DNA of 64,000 bases from a bacterium (GCA_963675755.2 CAXXMD010000003.1:2336001-2400000); one strand, 5' to 3'; positions 37,796 to 48,224 are shown, counted from the first letter of the stretch. The notes: generated by a model from the letters alone, not told the origin. Program-made: numbers and translations.

Positions 37796-38077
37796 TTAAT
37801 CACACCCCGCCCAGCCGGTACCGTTACATACACTACATCTGCACTTGCGGCGCCAGTTTATCTTTTCGCGTCCGGTCCCATTGCAGGCAGCGCATTCACA
37901 TCCGTCACCATACTTGTCAGGATATACGGGAACCGAACCAGCTCCGCCACAGGCTGGACAATAGCGGTCATCACGGTGTTTTTTGCGTGATAAAAGTCCA
38001 GCTCCACCGCAAAACCTACAGGGTACCATTACTTTACCTATTACAGGTGTTTCATAATGATCGTTTTTCATATTCAA
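37796..38077 (-). CDS. Stand-alone DnaJ-type zinc-finger protein
   Basis: Four CxxCxGxG motifs in 93 aa. Confidence 0.75.
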   Translation of the reverse strand: MNMKNDHYETPVIGKVMVPCRFCGGAGLLSRKKHRDDRYCPACGGAGSVPVYPDKYGDGCECAACNGTGREKINWRRKCRCSVCNGTGWAGCD

Positions 38078-38271
38078 TTTAATTTAATAATGAGGTTGTT
38101 ATTACCCGTTTATTTAATTACACATTTCCACCAAAATATGCAAGAAATTTTTGTCTGTATCTGGATATTTAAATGACCACGTTTTTCTAAAATTCAATAA
38201 AAACAGGATTGGCGAATTGTTTAGCCCCCTTTACAGAATCGTCTTTTGAAAACGGTTTAATTTATCAATCG

Positions 38272-39195
38272 TTAATACCCCGTACGGTCTTTAGATTTGG
38301 GATCATCAACCGTTTCACCGCTGTTGAGCTTGCCATCTATAGTCTCAGCGCGAAATGGCTCGCTGGGATCATAAAATTTCTGATTGATATCAATATCCGA
38401 GATGAGTACTCCGGCTTTGTTGCGTTTTAGCTTGGATTCTACCAGTCCATCCGGTGTAATAAAATAGCACGGCCAACTGTGTTTTGCGCTTGAATTGGTG
38501 AGCGAGACATACATGGCATTGGTTCCGGCACGTGCCTGGGCAGTGACCGGCATAATTTTGGGATGGATGCAATCTTTTTTGTGCCGCGCATTGTAGAACG
38601 AGTGAAACATGACACGTACGCCCAGCTTGGAGTATTGCCGATAAAGCTCGGGGAAACGGATATCGTAACAGATCAAGAGTCCGCATTTGACTCCATTGAT
38701 ATCAAAAGTGACAAAATGATCTCCCGGTGAATAGTGATCCAGATCACCTGTGGTACAAAAGCGTTTGTCGTAACGGTCTGTAATTTCACCTTCGGGTGAG
38801 ATGAGATACAAGCTGTTGTGGGGTTTGTTGCCATCAGATAGCTGGTGCGTGCTGCCCAAAAGGACCCAAATGTCCAACTCGTCAGCCAGTTTTATGATGT
38901 TTGTTGTTTCCTGATGGAGAAGCGGCCAGTTCAATACCTGAAGCGTTTCAATATCTGCGCCGCCATAGCCGGATAATGCGCATTCCGGAAACTGTACCAG
39001 TTCTGCTCCTTGCTTTGCGGCATTTCGTATTTGTTTCTGAATCCACTCCGAGTTCTCTACAATATTTCCCGAAACCGGGAACTGGCATGCTGCAATACGT
39101 AATGTGCCGGATTTGGAATCAGACGCACCAAAAGAAGCGATAACACTTGAAAGGATAAAAAAAATAGAAAAGACAATAGTGTTGAATCTGGTCAT
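38272..39195 (-). CDS. Secreted carbon-nitrogen hydrolase (nitrilase superfamily)
   Basis: FPEC, YDK and LICYDIRFPE Glu-Lys-Cys triad; signal peptide. Confidence 0.9.
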   Translation of the reverse strand: MTRFNTIVFSIFFILSSVIASFGASDSKSGTLRIAACQFPVSGNIVENSEWIQKQIRNAAKQGAELVQFPECALSGYGGADIETLQVLNWPLLHQETTNIIKLADELDIWVLLGSTHQLSDGNKPHNSLYLISPEGEITDRYDKRFCTTGDLDHYSPGDHFVTFDINGVKCGLLICYDIRFPELYRQYSKLGVRVMFHSFYNARHKKDCIHPKIMPVTAQARAGTNAMYVSLTNSSAKHSWPCYFITPDGLVESKLKRNKAGVLISDIDINQKFYDPSEPFRAETIDGKLNSGETVDDPKSKDRTGY

Positions 39196-39223
39196 GATAA
39201 CAACTCCCCATTAATATAAAATA

Positions 39224-39255
39224 AAAAAAGGTCTCTTAATATAAGAGACCTTTTT
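39224..39255 (-). terminator. Intrinsic terminator
   Basis: AAAAAGGTCTCTTA-loop-TAAGAGACCTTTTT. Confidence 0.8.
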
Positions 39256-39268
39256 CAATATGTCAATA

Positions 39269-40810
39269 TTAACCTTTTTTCTCTTCCTGTTTTTCAGCGC
39301 CAGGACCACCTTGTTCGCCAGGTCTGCGGCGCGGGGGACGTCTTCTTTCAATCTTTTTCGGCATGGGTAAAGATTCTGTCTTTGTTGGCATTGCCGGATA
39401 ATCAGGATATCCAATTCCCTTAACCAGGTCTGCAATCACTACATCTTTGTTTGTTTCAAAACAAATGTTAGCTGCAACACCCGTCAGAATTGAATATGCG
39501 CCTGAACGTTGGTCTGCCGCGCGTTGATATTTGTCTTCTTTCTTTTCCGGTAAAAAGATATCGTCAAGCATCACCTGATCACCACCGCCATGGCCGCCTT
39601 CACCAGACCAGGGTTCATAATCTTTGGGTGCTCCGCGCAAGGGAATAACTCGTGTGGTTGCACCTTGAATGCCGCCTTGAACGGTATTGGTTCCACTTAC
39701 ATAGATCTGTTCTACAATCTGGTGTTCCAAACGTCCTTTGGTACCATTGAAATTAACCATGTAACCTTCCCAGGCGTTGAACGCGTTCAAAGAATATGAC
39801 ATTTGAACCTTGTTGTCGTATTCAACAGCCAAAACCATGGTGTCTTCAATATCAATGTCGGGGCGGAAAACGCAACGGTCACGGAAATAACCATCATATT
39901 TTTCATTTTCTAGATAGAGTTCTTTTAAACCCCAGCTGTTTTCGAGATCAAGTACAAAGGTACATTTGTCTTTTTCGGGACAGGTATGGCAGCGTTCATG
40001 ATGGCTGTTTAAACCAATGCGTTTGGCCATTTCAGGAGTGTAATATTCTCTTTTGCCTTTTGCCATAACAGATACTGGCACTGCAGATAACCACCAGTTT
40101 ACCAGATCAAAATGGTGGGTAGCTTTATGCACCATTAAACCGCCCGAGAATTTTTTCTGACTGTGCCAGCGACGGAAATAATCAGCGCCATGCTGAGTAT
40201 TGAGCAGCCAGTGAAAATCGACAGACAGAATGTCACCAATTTCACCACTCATTAAAATATCTTTAACCTGAGATCTGGGAGGAGAGTAGCGATAGTTAAA
40301 AGTTACTTTACAATTTTTGCCGGTACTTTTTTGGGTGTCGATGATTTTTTGACATTTTTCAGCATCAATGGTCATGGGTTTTTCGGTAATTACATCGCAT
40401 CCCAGTTCCATACCTCTGATAACATATTTATGGTGAAAACCATCAACTGTGGTAACAATGATTACATCGGGTTTGGTTTTTTCTACCATTTCATCAAAGT
40501 CGTCTGCTGCAAAAATAGGAACATCCTGACCAGTTGCTTCTTTGGCCTGCGCTTGCGCCATTTTCAAACGACCTTCGTTGGTGTCACAAAAGCCGACATA
40601 TTCACAATGATCTTTATATGTATCCAGAATAGCACGACGATACATGTGTGAACGTGCGCCAACACCCACATGAGCAAATCGTTTTTTACGATCTTGAGCC
40701 TTTATGGCAGTGGGGTAACTGTTGGCGGCCATAACTGCGGCACCTGTTGCTGCAGTCGTTTTGATAAAATCCCTGCGGTTCAATCCATTTTTTTCTAATT
40801 GATTTCCCAT
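39269..40810 (-). CDS. Tat-exported Gfo/Idh/MocA oxidoreductase (YteT-like)
   Basis: NRRDFIK; VGVGAR, ITEKPM, FNYRY, GADYFRRWH, HKATHHFDL. Confidence 0.9.
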   Translation of the reverse strand: MGNQLEKNGLNRRDFIKTTAATGAAVMAANSYPTAIKAQDRKKRFAHVGVGARSHMYRRAILDTYKDHCEYVGFCDTNEGRLKMAQAQAKEATGQDVPIFAADDFDEMVEKTKPDVIIVTTVDGFHHKYVIRGMELGCDVITEKPMTIDAEKCQKIIDTQKSTGKNCKVTFNYRYSPPRSQVKDILMSGEIGDILSVDFHWLLNTQHGADYFRRWHSQKKFSGGLMVHKATHHFDLVNWWLSAVPVSVMAKGKREYYTPEMAKRIGLNSHHERCHTCPEKDKCTFVLDLENSWGLKELYLENEKYDGYFRDRCVFRPDIDIEDTMVLAVEYDNKVQMSYSLNAFNAWEGYMVNFNGTKGRLEHQIVEQIYVSGTNTVQGGIQGATTRVIPLRGAPKDYEPWSGEGGHGGGDQVMLDDIFLPEKKEDKYQRAADQRSGAYSILTGVAANICFETNKDVVIADLVKGIGYPDYPAMPTKTESLPMPKKIERRRPPRRRPGEQGGPGAEKQEEKKG

Positions 40811-40834
40811 GTTTCCTCCAAAAATGATATAATA

Positions 40835-41683
40835 TTACATTTTATGTATTTCATTAAAGATTGACTCTATTAATCGTTCCTCCTTATTATCAAATTCGTT
40901 TTTTATTTCAGAGAGAGATTTTTGTTCATTTATCATATTTTTTATTTTTGATTGCTTTTGTTTCATTGCTGTTATATGGGTTTCTATGTCCGTTCGATTA
41001 AGCACATCACTGTGCCCTGAATAGAATTGTTCCGCGTCAAGTGTCTTCAACATATTTTGCAATGTTTTAACGTGCTCGAATGAATTTCCGTTTTTATGAG
41101 AATGGATCAATTGGGGTCTGTCTGCAAATACCTGGTCACCCATAAATGCAATTTTAGATTCCGGAAAATAAACAACAATATCTCCGGTGGTATGGCCAAC
41201 ACCAAAATAATACAATTCTATAGATTGTTGCCCGGTGTGGATAGTCAAGTTGTCTTGAAACGTAACGCCAGGTATGAATGGGTACAATTCCGGGGATTGC
41301 CATTCTGATGGATTTCCGTTTCTGTCCGGAAGGAAAAAGTCATTACGACAGTTTTCATGTGCAATAATGGTAACAGAAGGGAGTACATAACGGTTTCCAT
41401 TTACATGGTCGCCATCGCTGTGTGTGTTGATGAGATATTTTACAGGTTTGTCTGTTAGATTTTTGATTGCGTCCAGTGTCTCATCAACATGCTGTTTGGT
41501 CATTTTAATGTCAATGAGAACAACGGCATCCTGGCCAATAAAAATACCGCTATTGGCGCCACGACCGCCTTTGACAAGATACAAATTTTCAGCAATTGGA
41601 GAAAATTGAACCGGTTCAGGTTCTGTTTGTGAAAAAGCTGTTACGGAGAAGAGCAATAAGAACGATACAAAAAGGACTTTCAT
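40835..41683 (-). CDS. Secreted metallo-beta-lactamase-fold hydrolase
   Basis: NTHSDGDHVNGN, GHTTGD, FMGD, SGH. Confidence 0.88.
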   Translation of the reverse strand: MKVLFVSFLLLFSVTAFSQTEPEPVQFSPIAENLYLVKGGRGANSGIFIGQDAVVLIDIKMTKQHVDETLDAIKNLTDKPVKYLINTHSDGDHVNGNRYVLPSVTIIAHENCRNDFFLPDRNGNPSEWQSPELYPFIPGVTFQDNLTIHTGQQSIELYYFGVGHTTGDIVVYFPESKIAFMGDQVFADRPQLIHSHKNGNSFEHVKTLQNMLKTLDAEQFYSGHSDVLNRTDIETHITAMKQKQSKIKNMINEQKSLSEIKNEFDNKEERLIESIFNEIHKM

Positions 41684-41915
41684 ATTCTACCCTTGATATG
41701 TATGTTTTACATTATTGAACAGTTCCATGGGTTGCTTTTTTTATGCGTATTATTTAAATGTATAAATTTGAAAAATAACAAACAAGCATTGTTGGTTTTT
41801 GATCTATATTAATAACGTTCTAATTGTGAAAAAGTTTTGTGCTTTTGTGAATTTATTTCATTTTAACTAACTGTTTATTGCCTTTGAATAAATAGATCGT
41901 TAAGTTTATACAATT

Positions 41916-43325
41916 ATGAAAAATATTAATGAGAAAAAACAAGCGAATCTTTATCAGGCTTTGATACCCGTTGCGTTTTTGGTTTTATTTTTGGGTGTCA
42001 ATGTGCTGTTGTTTGACGGTAGTCCGCATATTCCTTTGATTTTTGGAACCGTTGCCGCTTCATTGATGGGTATGTATCTGGGGTATACCTGGAAGACCAT
42101 TGAACGGGGTATTGTTGAAGGAATAGAGATCGCTTTGCAGGCGTGTTTGATTTTACTGGTTATTGGAATGCTTATTGGAACCTGGATTGTAGGTGGTATT
42201 GTACCCACAATGATCTATTTTGGATTAAAGATCATATCCCCATCAATTTTTCTGGCTGCAACCTGTGTGATCTGTTCCCTGGTTTCACTCGCTACTGGTA
42301 GTTCATGGTCAACAGCAGGTACTGTTGGTATTGCTTTAATTGGAATTGGGCAGGGACTTGGGGTACCTTTGCCAATGGTTGCAGGAGCTATCATTTCGGG
42401 TTCTTACTTTGGCGACAAAATGTCGCCACTTTCCGATACAACGAATCTGGCACCCGCTGTTGCGGGCTCTGAAATTTTTAGTCATATTCGACACATGTTG
42501 TATACAACAGGGCCCAGTTATATTATTGCCCTGGTTTTATATTTGTTATTGGGGTTCAAATATGGCAGCAATGCTGTACAATTACAGAATATTAATCTGA
42601 TTCTCGATTCGTTACAAGCCACGTTTAATTTAACACCCATACTGCTTGTTGCTCCACTTTTGGTTATTTTGATGGTTGTTTTTAAACTGCCCGCATTGCC
42701 GTCACTGTTAGGGGGCGCTGTTTTGGGTGGTATTGCTGCAATTGTTTTTCAGCAAACGCCGGTCAGTGAGATCATGAATGCGGCGCAAAATGGGTATGTA
42801 TCGCATTCGGGACTCGAATCTGTAGATACGCTGCTAAGCCGGGGCGGTATGGAAAGTATGCTGACTACCGTAGCGTTGATCCTGTGCGCGTTGTCGTTTG
42901 GCGGCGTTATGGAAAAAACCGGTATGCTGGAAGTTATAGCCGGAGCGATACTGAAACTGGCCCGATCAGTTGGCGGACTTGTTACTTCAACAGTGCTTAC
43001 CTGTATGTGTATGAATACTATAGCACCGGACCAGTATTTGTCTATCATTGTTCCGGGACGGATGTACAAAGATGCTTTTGCAAAAGCAGGTCTTGATCCC
43101 AAAAATTTGTCCCGCTGCCTCGAAGATGGCGGCACGCTCAGTTCATCGCTTATTCCATGGAACACCGGAGGCGCCTATATGTGGGCCACCCTGGGAGTCT
43201 ATCCGCTTGCGTATTTACCCTTTGCATTTTTGAACATCATCAATCCACTGGTATCTATTTTTTACGGATATACGGGCATTACCATGACAAAGCTGGACGA
43301 AAATAAAAAGTCAGATCCTTTTTGA
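41916..43325 (+). CDS. nhaC: Na+/H+ antiporter NhaC family transporter
   Basis: ATGSSWSTAGTVG, SGSYFGDKMSPLSDTTNLA, LSRCLEDGGT, LIPWN. Confidence 0.92.
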   Translation: MKNINEKKQANLYQALIPVAFLVLFLGVNVLLFDGSPHIPLIFGTVAASLMGMYLGYTWKTIERGIVEGIEIALQACLILLVIGMLIGTWIVGGIVPTMIYFGLKIISPSIFLAATCVICSLVSLATGSSWSTAGTVGIALIGIGQGLGVPLPMVAGAIISGSYFGDKMSPLSDTTNLAPAVAGSEIFSHIRHMLYTTGPSYIIALVLYLLLGFKYGSNAVQLQNINLILDSLQATFNLTPILLVAPLLVILMVVFKLPALPSLLGGAVLGGIAAIVFQQTPVSEIMNAAQNGYVSHSGLESVDTLLSRGGMESMLTTVALILCALSFGGVMEKTGMLEVIAGAILKLARSVGGLVTSTVLTCMCMNTIAPDQYLSIIVPGRMYKDAFAKAGLDPKNLSRCLEDGGTLSSSLIPWNTGGAYMWATLGVYPLAYLPFAFLNIINPLVSIFYGYTGITMTKLDENKKSDPF

Positions 43326-44186
43326 TTTATTCTGTTTCCATTTAGGTTGCACAATCTTATTCTCGCGAATTATTCTTATCAGCAGATAAATAGATATTCC
43401 TGAACAAATCAAGATAGCCGGTAAACCCGCTTCAATTCCCCATTGGCCTCCTGTCAGTATTGCCGGTCCCTCCAGATTGGTTTGCAATAACCCGGATAAT
43501 TCCATTCCGGATACATTAATACCGAAAATTCCACCCATGGTAAAATTCCATGCGAAATGAAATCCTGTAATAACCCATAACCTGCGTGTTATCATATAAA
43601 GAAGCGTGAGCATGAGTCCAAACTCTATTCCCACTGCAAAAGTACTGAGTATTGACGAGCCACTATTTGTCATATGTGTTAAACCTACTTCCAACGAAGA
43701 GATAATGATAGCAATCCAACTGCCTAATCCTTCTTCCAATATTCGAAAGAGAATACCTCTGCTTATCAGCTCTTCAAAAAAACCTATGAAAAGGTTAAGC
43801 AGAAAGAATCTAATGATACCTACAGAAAAAGCCATACCTTGAATTTGATAAACATCAATAATCCAAAGAAACACAACCTGAAGTGTGATTAAGCCCGCTC
43901 CCAATCCCAAACCTTGCAATAGTTCTTTTTTACAGTGTTTTATCGAGTATTCTACGGGTTTGCGTTTTTCAATTTTCTTTGTGTAAAGAGCGTATCCCAT
44001 ATAGACAACACTGATGAGTACCAGGGTATAAATTGTCCGTATCCAAAAAAAGTCAAAAATCATGTGGCTTTTTAAAATGTTTTTAATGATGATGGTAATG
44101 GCCATCGGGAATCCTACAAATAATATTGCTAATATAATTCGGATCAGAAAAAACGGCTGTTTTGCAGAGTTGATTTCAGTATTCAT
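43311..44186 (-). CDS. CPBP (CAAX/Abi) intramembrane metalloprotease
   Basis: FEELISRG, GLTH, HFAWN motifs. Confidence 0.9.
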   Translation of the reverse strand: MNTEINSAKQPFFLIRIILAILFVGFPMAITIIIKNILKSHMIFDFFWIRTIYTLVLISVVYMGYALYTKKIEKRKPVEYSIKHCKKELLQGLGLGAGLITLQVVFLWIIDVYQIQGMAFSVGIIRFFLLNLFIGFFEELISRGILFRILEEGLGSWIAIIISSLEVGLTHMTNSGSSILSTFAVGIEFGLMLTLLYMITRRLWVITGFHFAWNFTMGGIFGINVSGMELSGLLQTNLEGPAILTGGQWGIEAGLPAILICSGISIYLLIRIIRENKIVQPKWKQNKSKRI

Positions 44187-44248
44187 TTTGCATCCTTAAA
44201 TTTGGTTAAATTTCTTTATTATCATATCGCTTTTTCATCAGGAAACCT

Positions 44249-44298
44249 ATAGGACTTGCGTCTCATTTAGGTTCTATGATATAGGTCTCTGGTCCTAT
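44249..44298. promoter_or_regulatory. Pair of 18-bp imperfect inverted repeats, putative LuxR/NarL-type operators
   Basis: ATAGGAC-N4-GTCTCAT (44249) and ATAGGTC-N4-GTCCTAT (44281) in the divergent intergenic region. Confidence 0.55.
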
Positions 44299-44385
44299 TT
44301 TGTAAAAGATGAAAATCTTGAAAAGATGCTTGAATTAAAGAGTGCATTTGTATATTTTATTTTACATGATGAATAAGGAAAAAGA

Positions 44386-45318
44386 ATGGCAGACCATTAC
44401 AAGATTTTTATTGCCCTGGTAAACCTAATGGCGGGGTCAGCAATTTTTATTTATACCCAAAATGTGCAAAAAGCATTCTCTTTTCCATACATCAAGCATG
44501 TAAAACATTATATTGTTTATTATAATATTCTGATATTTTTATTGTTGGTTACAAAGTATTATGATGTAAATGTATCACTTGAGGGATTGTCTGGTTACGT
44601 TCCAGCGATGGTCAAGGTTGTAGATCTGGTTTTTTCGCTGACTTTTATAGGGATGGCTTTTGCTGTTTTCAGTTTTTATAATGGCATTCGTGGAAATAAA
44701 GTTAAACAAAGAATTATAACGATAATCAGGATTTTTGTATTATTTACCATTTGCAGTTATTTTATTTACATTTTTATAACTCCGCAATCGGCTGTGTATA
44801 AATGGATTTCTATTGTTCTTGAATCGATTGGTGATCTATTTTTTATTCTCCAACTAGTTGTAATGACCGCTATACTTTTGTATTCGAGACGGGTTGAGAA
44901 CCCGCTTGAGGCAAAGATGGTGCGTTTTTATCCTGTTTTGTATTTTATTGGATTTGTCTCGTTTTTTATTCTTTACCTGCTGCCGGCAGGATTCCGTTTG
45001 TATCTTTTATTCCCTTTGTTATTCTATTGTAATATTATTCCTGTAATCTGGTTGAGATTTTATTTTTTGAGGTTTGCCAATGATTCATTAGTAATTGTGG
45101 CTGATAAAGGTTTGAGAAATACTATATTTAATAAATACAATATTTCAAAGCGCGAACAGGAAATTATTGAATTGCTTTTAGAGGGGAACAGCAATAAAGA
45201 AATTACACAAAAGCTGTTTATTTCTTTACATACGGTTAAGAACCATATCTATAATATCTATCAAAAAATGGGGATTAAAAGCCGTTATCAGTTATTAAAT
45301 GTGTTTATACAAAAATAA
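44386..45318 (+). CDS. Membrane-anchored LuxR-family transcriptional regulator
   Basis: About 7 TM helices plus C-terminal ISKREQEII..GNSNKEI..LFISLHTVKNHIYNIYQKMG. Confidence 0.9.
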   Translation: MADHYKIFIALVNLMAGSAIFIYTQNVQKAFSFPYIKHVKHYIVYYNILIFLLLVTKYYDVNVSLEGLSGYVPAMVKVVDLVFSLTFIGMAFAVFSFYNGIRGNKVKQRIITIIRIFVLFTICSYFIYIFITPQSAVYKWISIVLESIGDLFFILQLVVMTAILLYSRRVENPLEAKMVRFYPVLYFIGFVSFFILYLLPAGFRLYLLFPLLFYCNIIPVIWLRFYFLRFANDSLVIVADKGLRNTIFNKYNISKREQEIIELLLEGNSNKEITQKLFISLHTVKNHIYNIYQKMGIKSRYQLLNVFIQK

Positions 45319-45340
45319 ATTATCAATTCGTATGCAGGGT

Positions 45341-45793
45341 TCAATATCCCAATTGAGTCTGGGTTGGCCAATTTACATACAATAATGCAACAAGTACTGC
45401 TAAATTGATAACAATATTGCCAATTTTATGGAAAAATAGCAGTATGAACGCATTCCAGTAAAGAAATATCGCCCACAATGAAATAACAGCCGAAATGATT
45501 AAAATCCTTCGCCAAATATCAACCGGAATGAGTAATCCATTTATTGAAAAGGCACCACAAATAAATCCCGTAAAAGCAACTATAAATAAAATTGCTGCAA
45601 TGATTCGGGAGGCAGATGAACCCAGTAAATCTGTCAAGAGCCATGAATTTGCGGACCAATTTTTAGCCCAATCGGGTCCTTTTGAACTGCCCACACCAAA
45701 TAATCCCATTGCCGGGATTGCGCCCATGAGTTGTCCCACACCATGAAATACCAATATTGCAGTGATCGTCAATCGTAAAAATACCGGTGACAT
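45341..45793 (-). CDS. Hypothetical 4-TM membrane protein
   Basis: Hydrophobic ORF with AAGGGG RBS. Confidence 0.7.
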   Translation of the reverse strand: MSPVFLRLTITAILVFHGVGQLMGAIPAMGLFGVGSSKGPDWAKNWSANSWLLTDLLGSSASRIIAAILFIVAFTGFICGAFSINGLLIPVDIWRRILIISAVISLWAIFLYWNAFILLFFHKIGNIVINLAVLVALLYVNWPTQTQLGY

Positions 45794-45972
45794 GTATTAC
45801 CCCTTTTCCTGATGATTTGAATATTTAAAAATAAATGAATTTGGGCAATTCTGCAAGGGATTTTAATATTTGTTGTAATATGCATCAATATGATAAATTA
45901 AAAGTCGTTTCCGAAATAACCTGAATCTCATTCATGTTGTAACATTTTATCAGGTAAAGGAGAGGAGAATGT

Positions 45973-48189
45973 ATGAATCGTTCAATCATTTGGGGATTGG
46001 GGTTATTACTGATGTTCACCATGCAGGGGTTGGCAACCAATGTGGTTTCTGAAGGACCTGTTGCCAGATTTTATTATGTAGATGAACCGAATGAAATACA
46101 GTTTGTTGCCAGTAATGACAGTAATTTTACCGCTGATAAATATACGGCAACGGTAACGGTTAAGGACAAATTGGGTAATGTTGTTTTTGATGATGAGGTG
46201 GAAGGAACAGACCTGAAACCGTATACCAAAGATACACTATCTACCCAAATTAAATGGACGCCAACACTAACCGGTTATTATGATCTTTCCGTAAAACTGG
46301 ATTTTGAATGGGAAGTTTATCCGCAAGACAATGAGAAAACGGTAGAGGTGCCGGTCATTATAAGCCGGTCAACTGCCGCGTCTGTATTAAATGGTTATCT
46401 GCCCTCTTTATTCGATGATCTGGAAAAGGTTTGGGCATTTATGCCGCAGGAACCTTTGGAGCCGGGTGATAAGCTGGAATCTTTTGATACTCGCGAGTTT
46501 TCGGTATCGCTCGATTCGTGGAAATACCTGGGCTGGGTAGACTGGGGCAAGGATTTCAACTTTGCGCATCCGGGATACTATGTGACGATTGATGCTTTTG
46601 ATTCTTCAAAAGTGGAACCCCATTATATAAACTGGTATCCCAAGATCAATGGATTGACATATCTTGGAGATTATGACGAACGAATCAATAGCGATGACCG
46701 GGTGTATGGTACGGATCCTGTACAGACTGTGGAAACCGATACGGAAACCATAACCGATCAGGCATCTACCTCTGCTGCGGGTGATTCAATCTGTGTATTG
46801 TTGGTAACAGGCAGTGAAGATTCGGACAGAGAGCGGGAAGCCCGGCAGTTTAATATTGATGTTATTCGAAATAATTTGATGAATGAACGTTTAGGGGCAA
46901 ATCTACCTGAATCCAGTTTTGAAACGTTGCGGAATCCCACAAAACAACAGATTATTGATAAAATTCGTTCAATGAAAAACAAGTGTAAAACGGTTTATTT
47001 TTATTATACCGGTCATGGCTGGGATGGCGGCATGTGCACAAGCGATACCGCGAATGCCTGGATAGGTTATTGGGACCTGGCCAATGAGCTTTACGATACC
47101 AACGCTAAAGATATTAATGTGATTTTGGATACCTGCCACTCGGGTTCAGCAATTTCCTGGTTTGATTCATATCGAAAGAGGGACCGTAATGTTACTGTAT
47201 TGACATCTTGTACTGCGGACACATTGTCCTGGCGGTATGTGATACAGAATGATGGAAACGGCGATGCTATCTGGGGCAGCTTTTTTACCTGGGCCTGGGT
47301 TAAATGTTATGGCGATCCTGCTGCTGATGCCAATCATGATGGAGTGGTTTCACTGGTTGAGGCTTTTGACTGTGTTCGGGCCGCGAATCCTGAGCTGGAT
47401 GGAGACCATATCAATACACTAATGAATCCGCAGAGGTTTACACATCGGGCGGTGGTGCCTCCAGCCGAACCGGATCAACCGGTTACGGTACCGGATTCTG
47501 ACTTGAGAATTACGGCAAATGATTACAGCGAGATTGATCTGGATATGGGTGTTACGGTCAAGACTTATGGATATGATGATGAATTTTATGTGGAACCCTA
47601 TGGCGGTGGTATTACCGGACTGGGTACGTACAAGTATTATAACACAGAATATTATTTTACTCCCTCGGATGTTGAGGATAGTACAAAATATACTCTCGAG
47701 TTCAAGTACACACTGGGACTCGATGTCTATACCTTGAATGCTAAACTGGGGCTGGTGTACCGTGACAGTTCCGATTCAAAATGGAATGTTTGGGAGAAAT
47801 CAGAAATAGATACCAGTAAGCAGACGGTATATGGCTATGATATAAACAAGGACGGATACTGGGCACTGGGGACCATAACTCTGGAGACGGCGGTTGATGG
47901 AAGTAAGCAAGTTGTTGCGACACCCCTTGGGTACCGATTGGAACAGAATTATCCCAACCCTTTTAATCCTGCTACAAAGATCATGTACAGTATTCCTTCA
48001 AGACAGCATGTCAAACTGGCAGTTTATGATATAACGGGTCGTACCGTTGCGTTACTGTTTGAAGGCGTTCAAGATGCGGGAATACATCAACTGGGATTTG
48101 ATGCGTCTGCCTTGTCTTCCGGGACATATTTTGTGCACATTGAAAGCGGCGATTACACCGCTGTGCGAAAGATGGTATATGTGAGATAA
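45973..48189 (+). CDS. Secreted clan CD (caspase/legumain-like) cysteine peptidase with QNYPNPFNP C-terminal domain
   Basis: YFYYTGHG and VILDTCHSG His-Cys dyad; DANHDGVVSLVE; LEQNYPNPFNP. Confidence 0.8.
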   Translation: MNRSIIWGLGLLLMFTMQGLATNVVSEGPVARFYYVDEPNEIQFVASNDSNFTADKYTATVTVKDKLGNVVFDDEVEGTDLKPYTKDTLSTQIKWTPTLTGYYDLSVKLDFEWEVYPQDNEKTVEVPVIISRSTAASVLNGYLPSLFDDLEKVWAFMPQEPLEPGDKLESFDTREFSVSLDSWKYLGWVDWGKDFNFAHPGYYVTIDAFDSSKVEPHYINWYPKINGLTYLGDYDERINSDDRVYGTDPVQTVETDTETITDQASTSAAGDSICVLLVTGSEDSDREREARQFNIDVIRNNLMNERLGANLPESSFETLRNPTKQQIIDKIRSMKNKCKTVYFYYTGHGWDGGMCTSDTANAWIGYWDLANELYDTNAKDINVILDTCHSGSAISWFDSYRKRDRNVTVLTSCTADTLSWRYVIQNDGNGDAIWGSFFTWAWVKCYGDPAADANHDGVVSLVEAFDCVRAANPELDGDHINTLMNPQRFTHRAVVPPAEPDQPVTVPDSDLRITANDYSEIDLDMGVTVKTYGYDDEFYVEPYGGGITGLGTYKYYNTEYYFTPSDVEDSTKYTLEFKYTLGLDVYTLNAKLGLVYRDSSDSKWNVWEKSEIDTSKQTVYGYDINKDGYWALGTITLETAVDGSKQVVATPLGYRLEQNYPNPFNPATKIMYSIPSRQHVKLAVYDITGRTVALLFEGVQDAGIHQLGFDASALSSGTYFVHIESGDYTAVRKMVYVR

Positions 48190-48190
48190 T

Positions 48191-48224
48191 TAAAAAAAGG
48201 GCGATTTTTGATCGCCCTTTTTTA
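48191..48224. terminator. Bidirectional intrinsic terminator
   Basis: AAAAAAGGGCGAT-loop-ATCGCCCTTTTTT between convergent genes. Confidence 0.85.
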
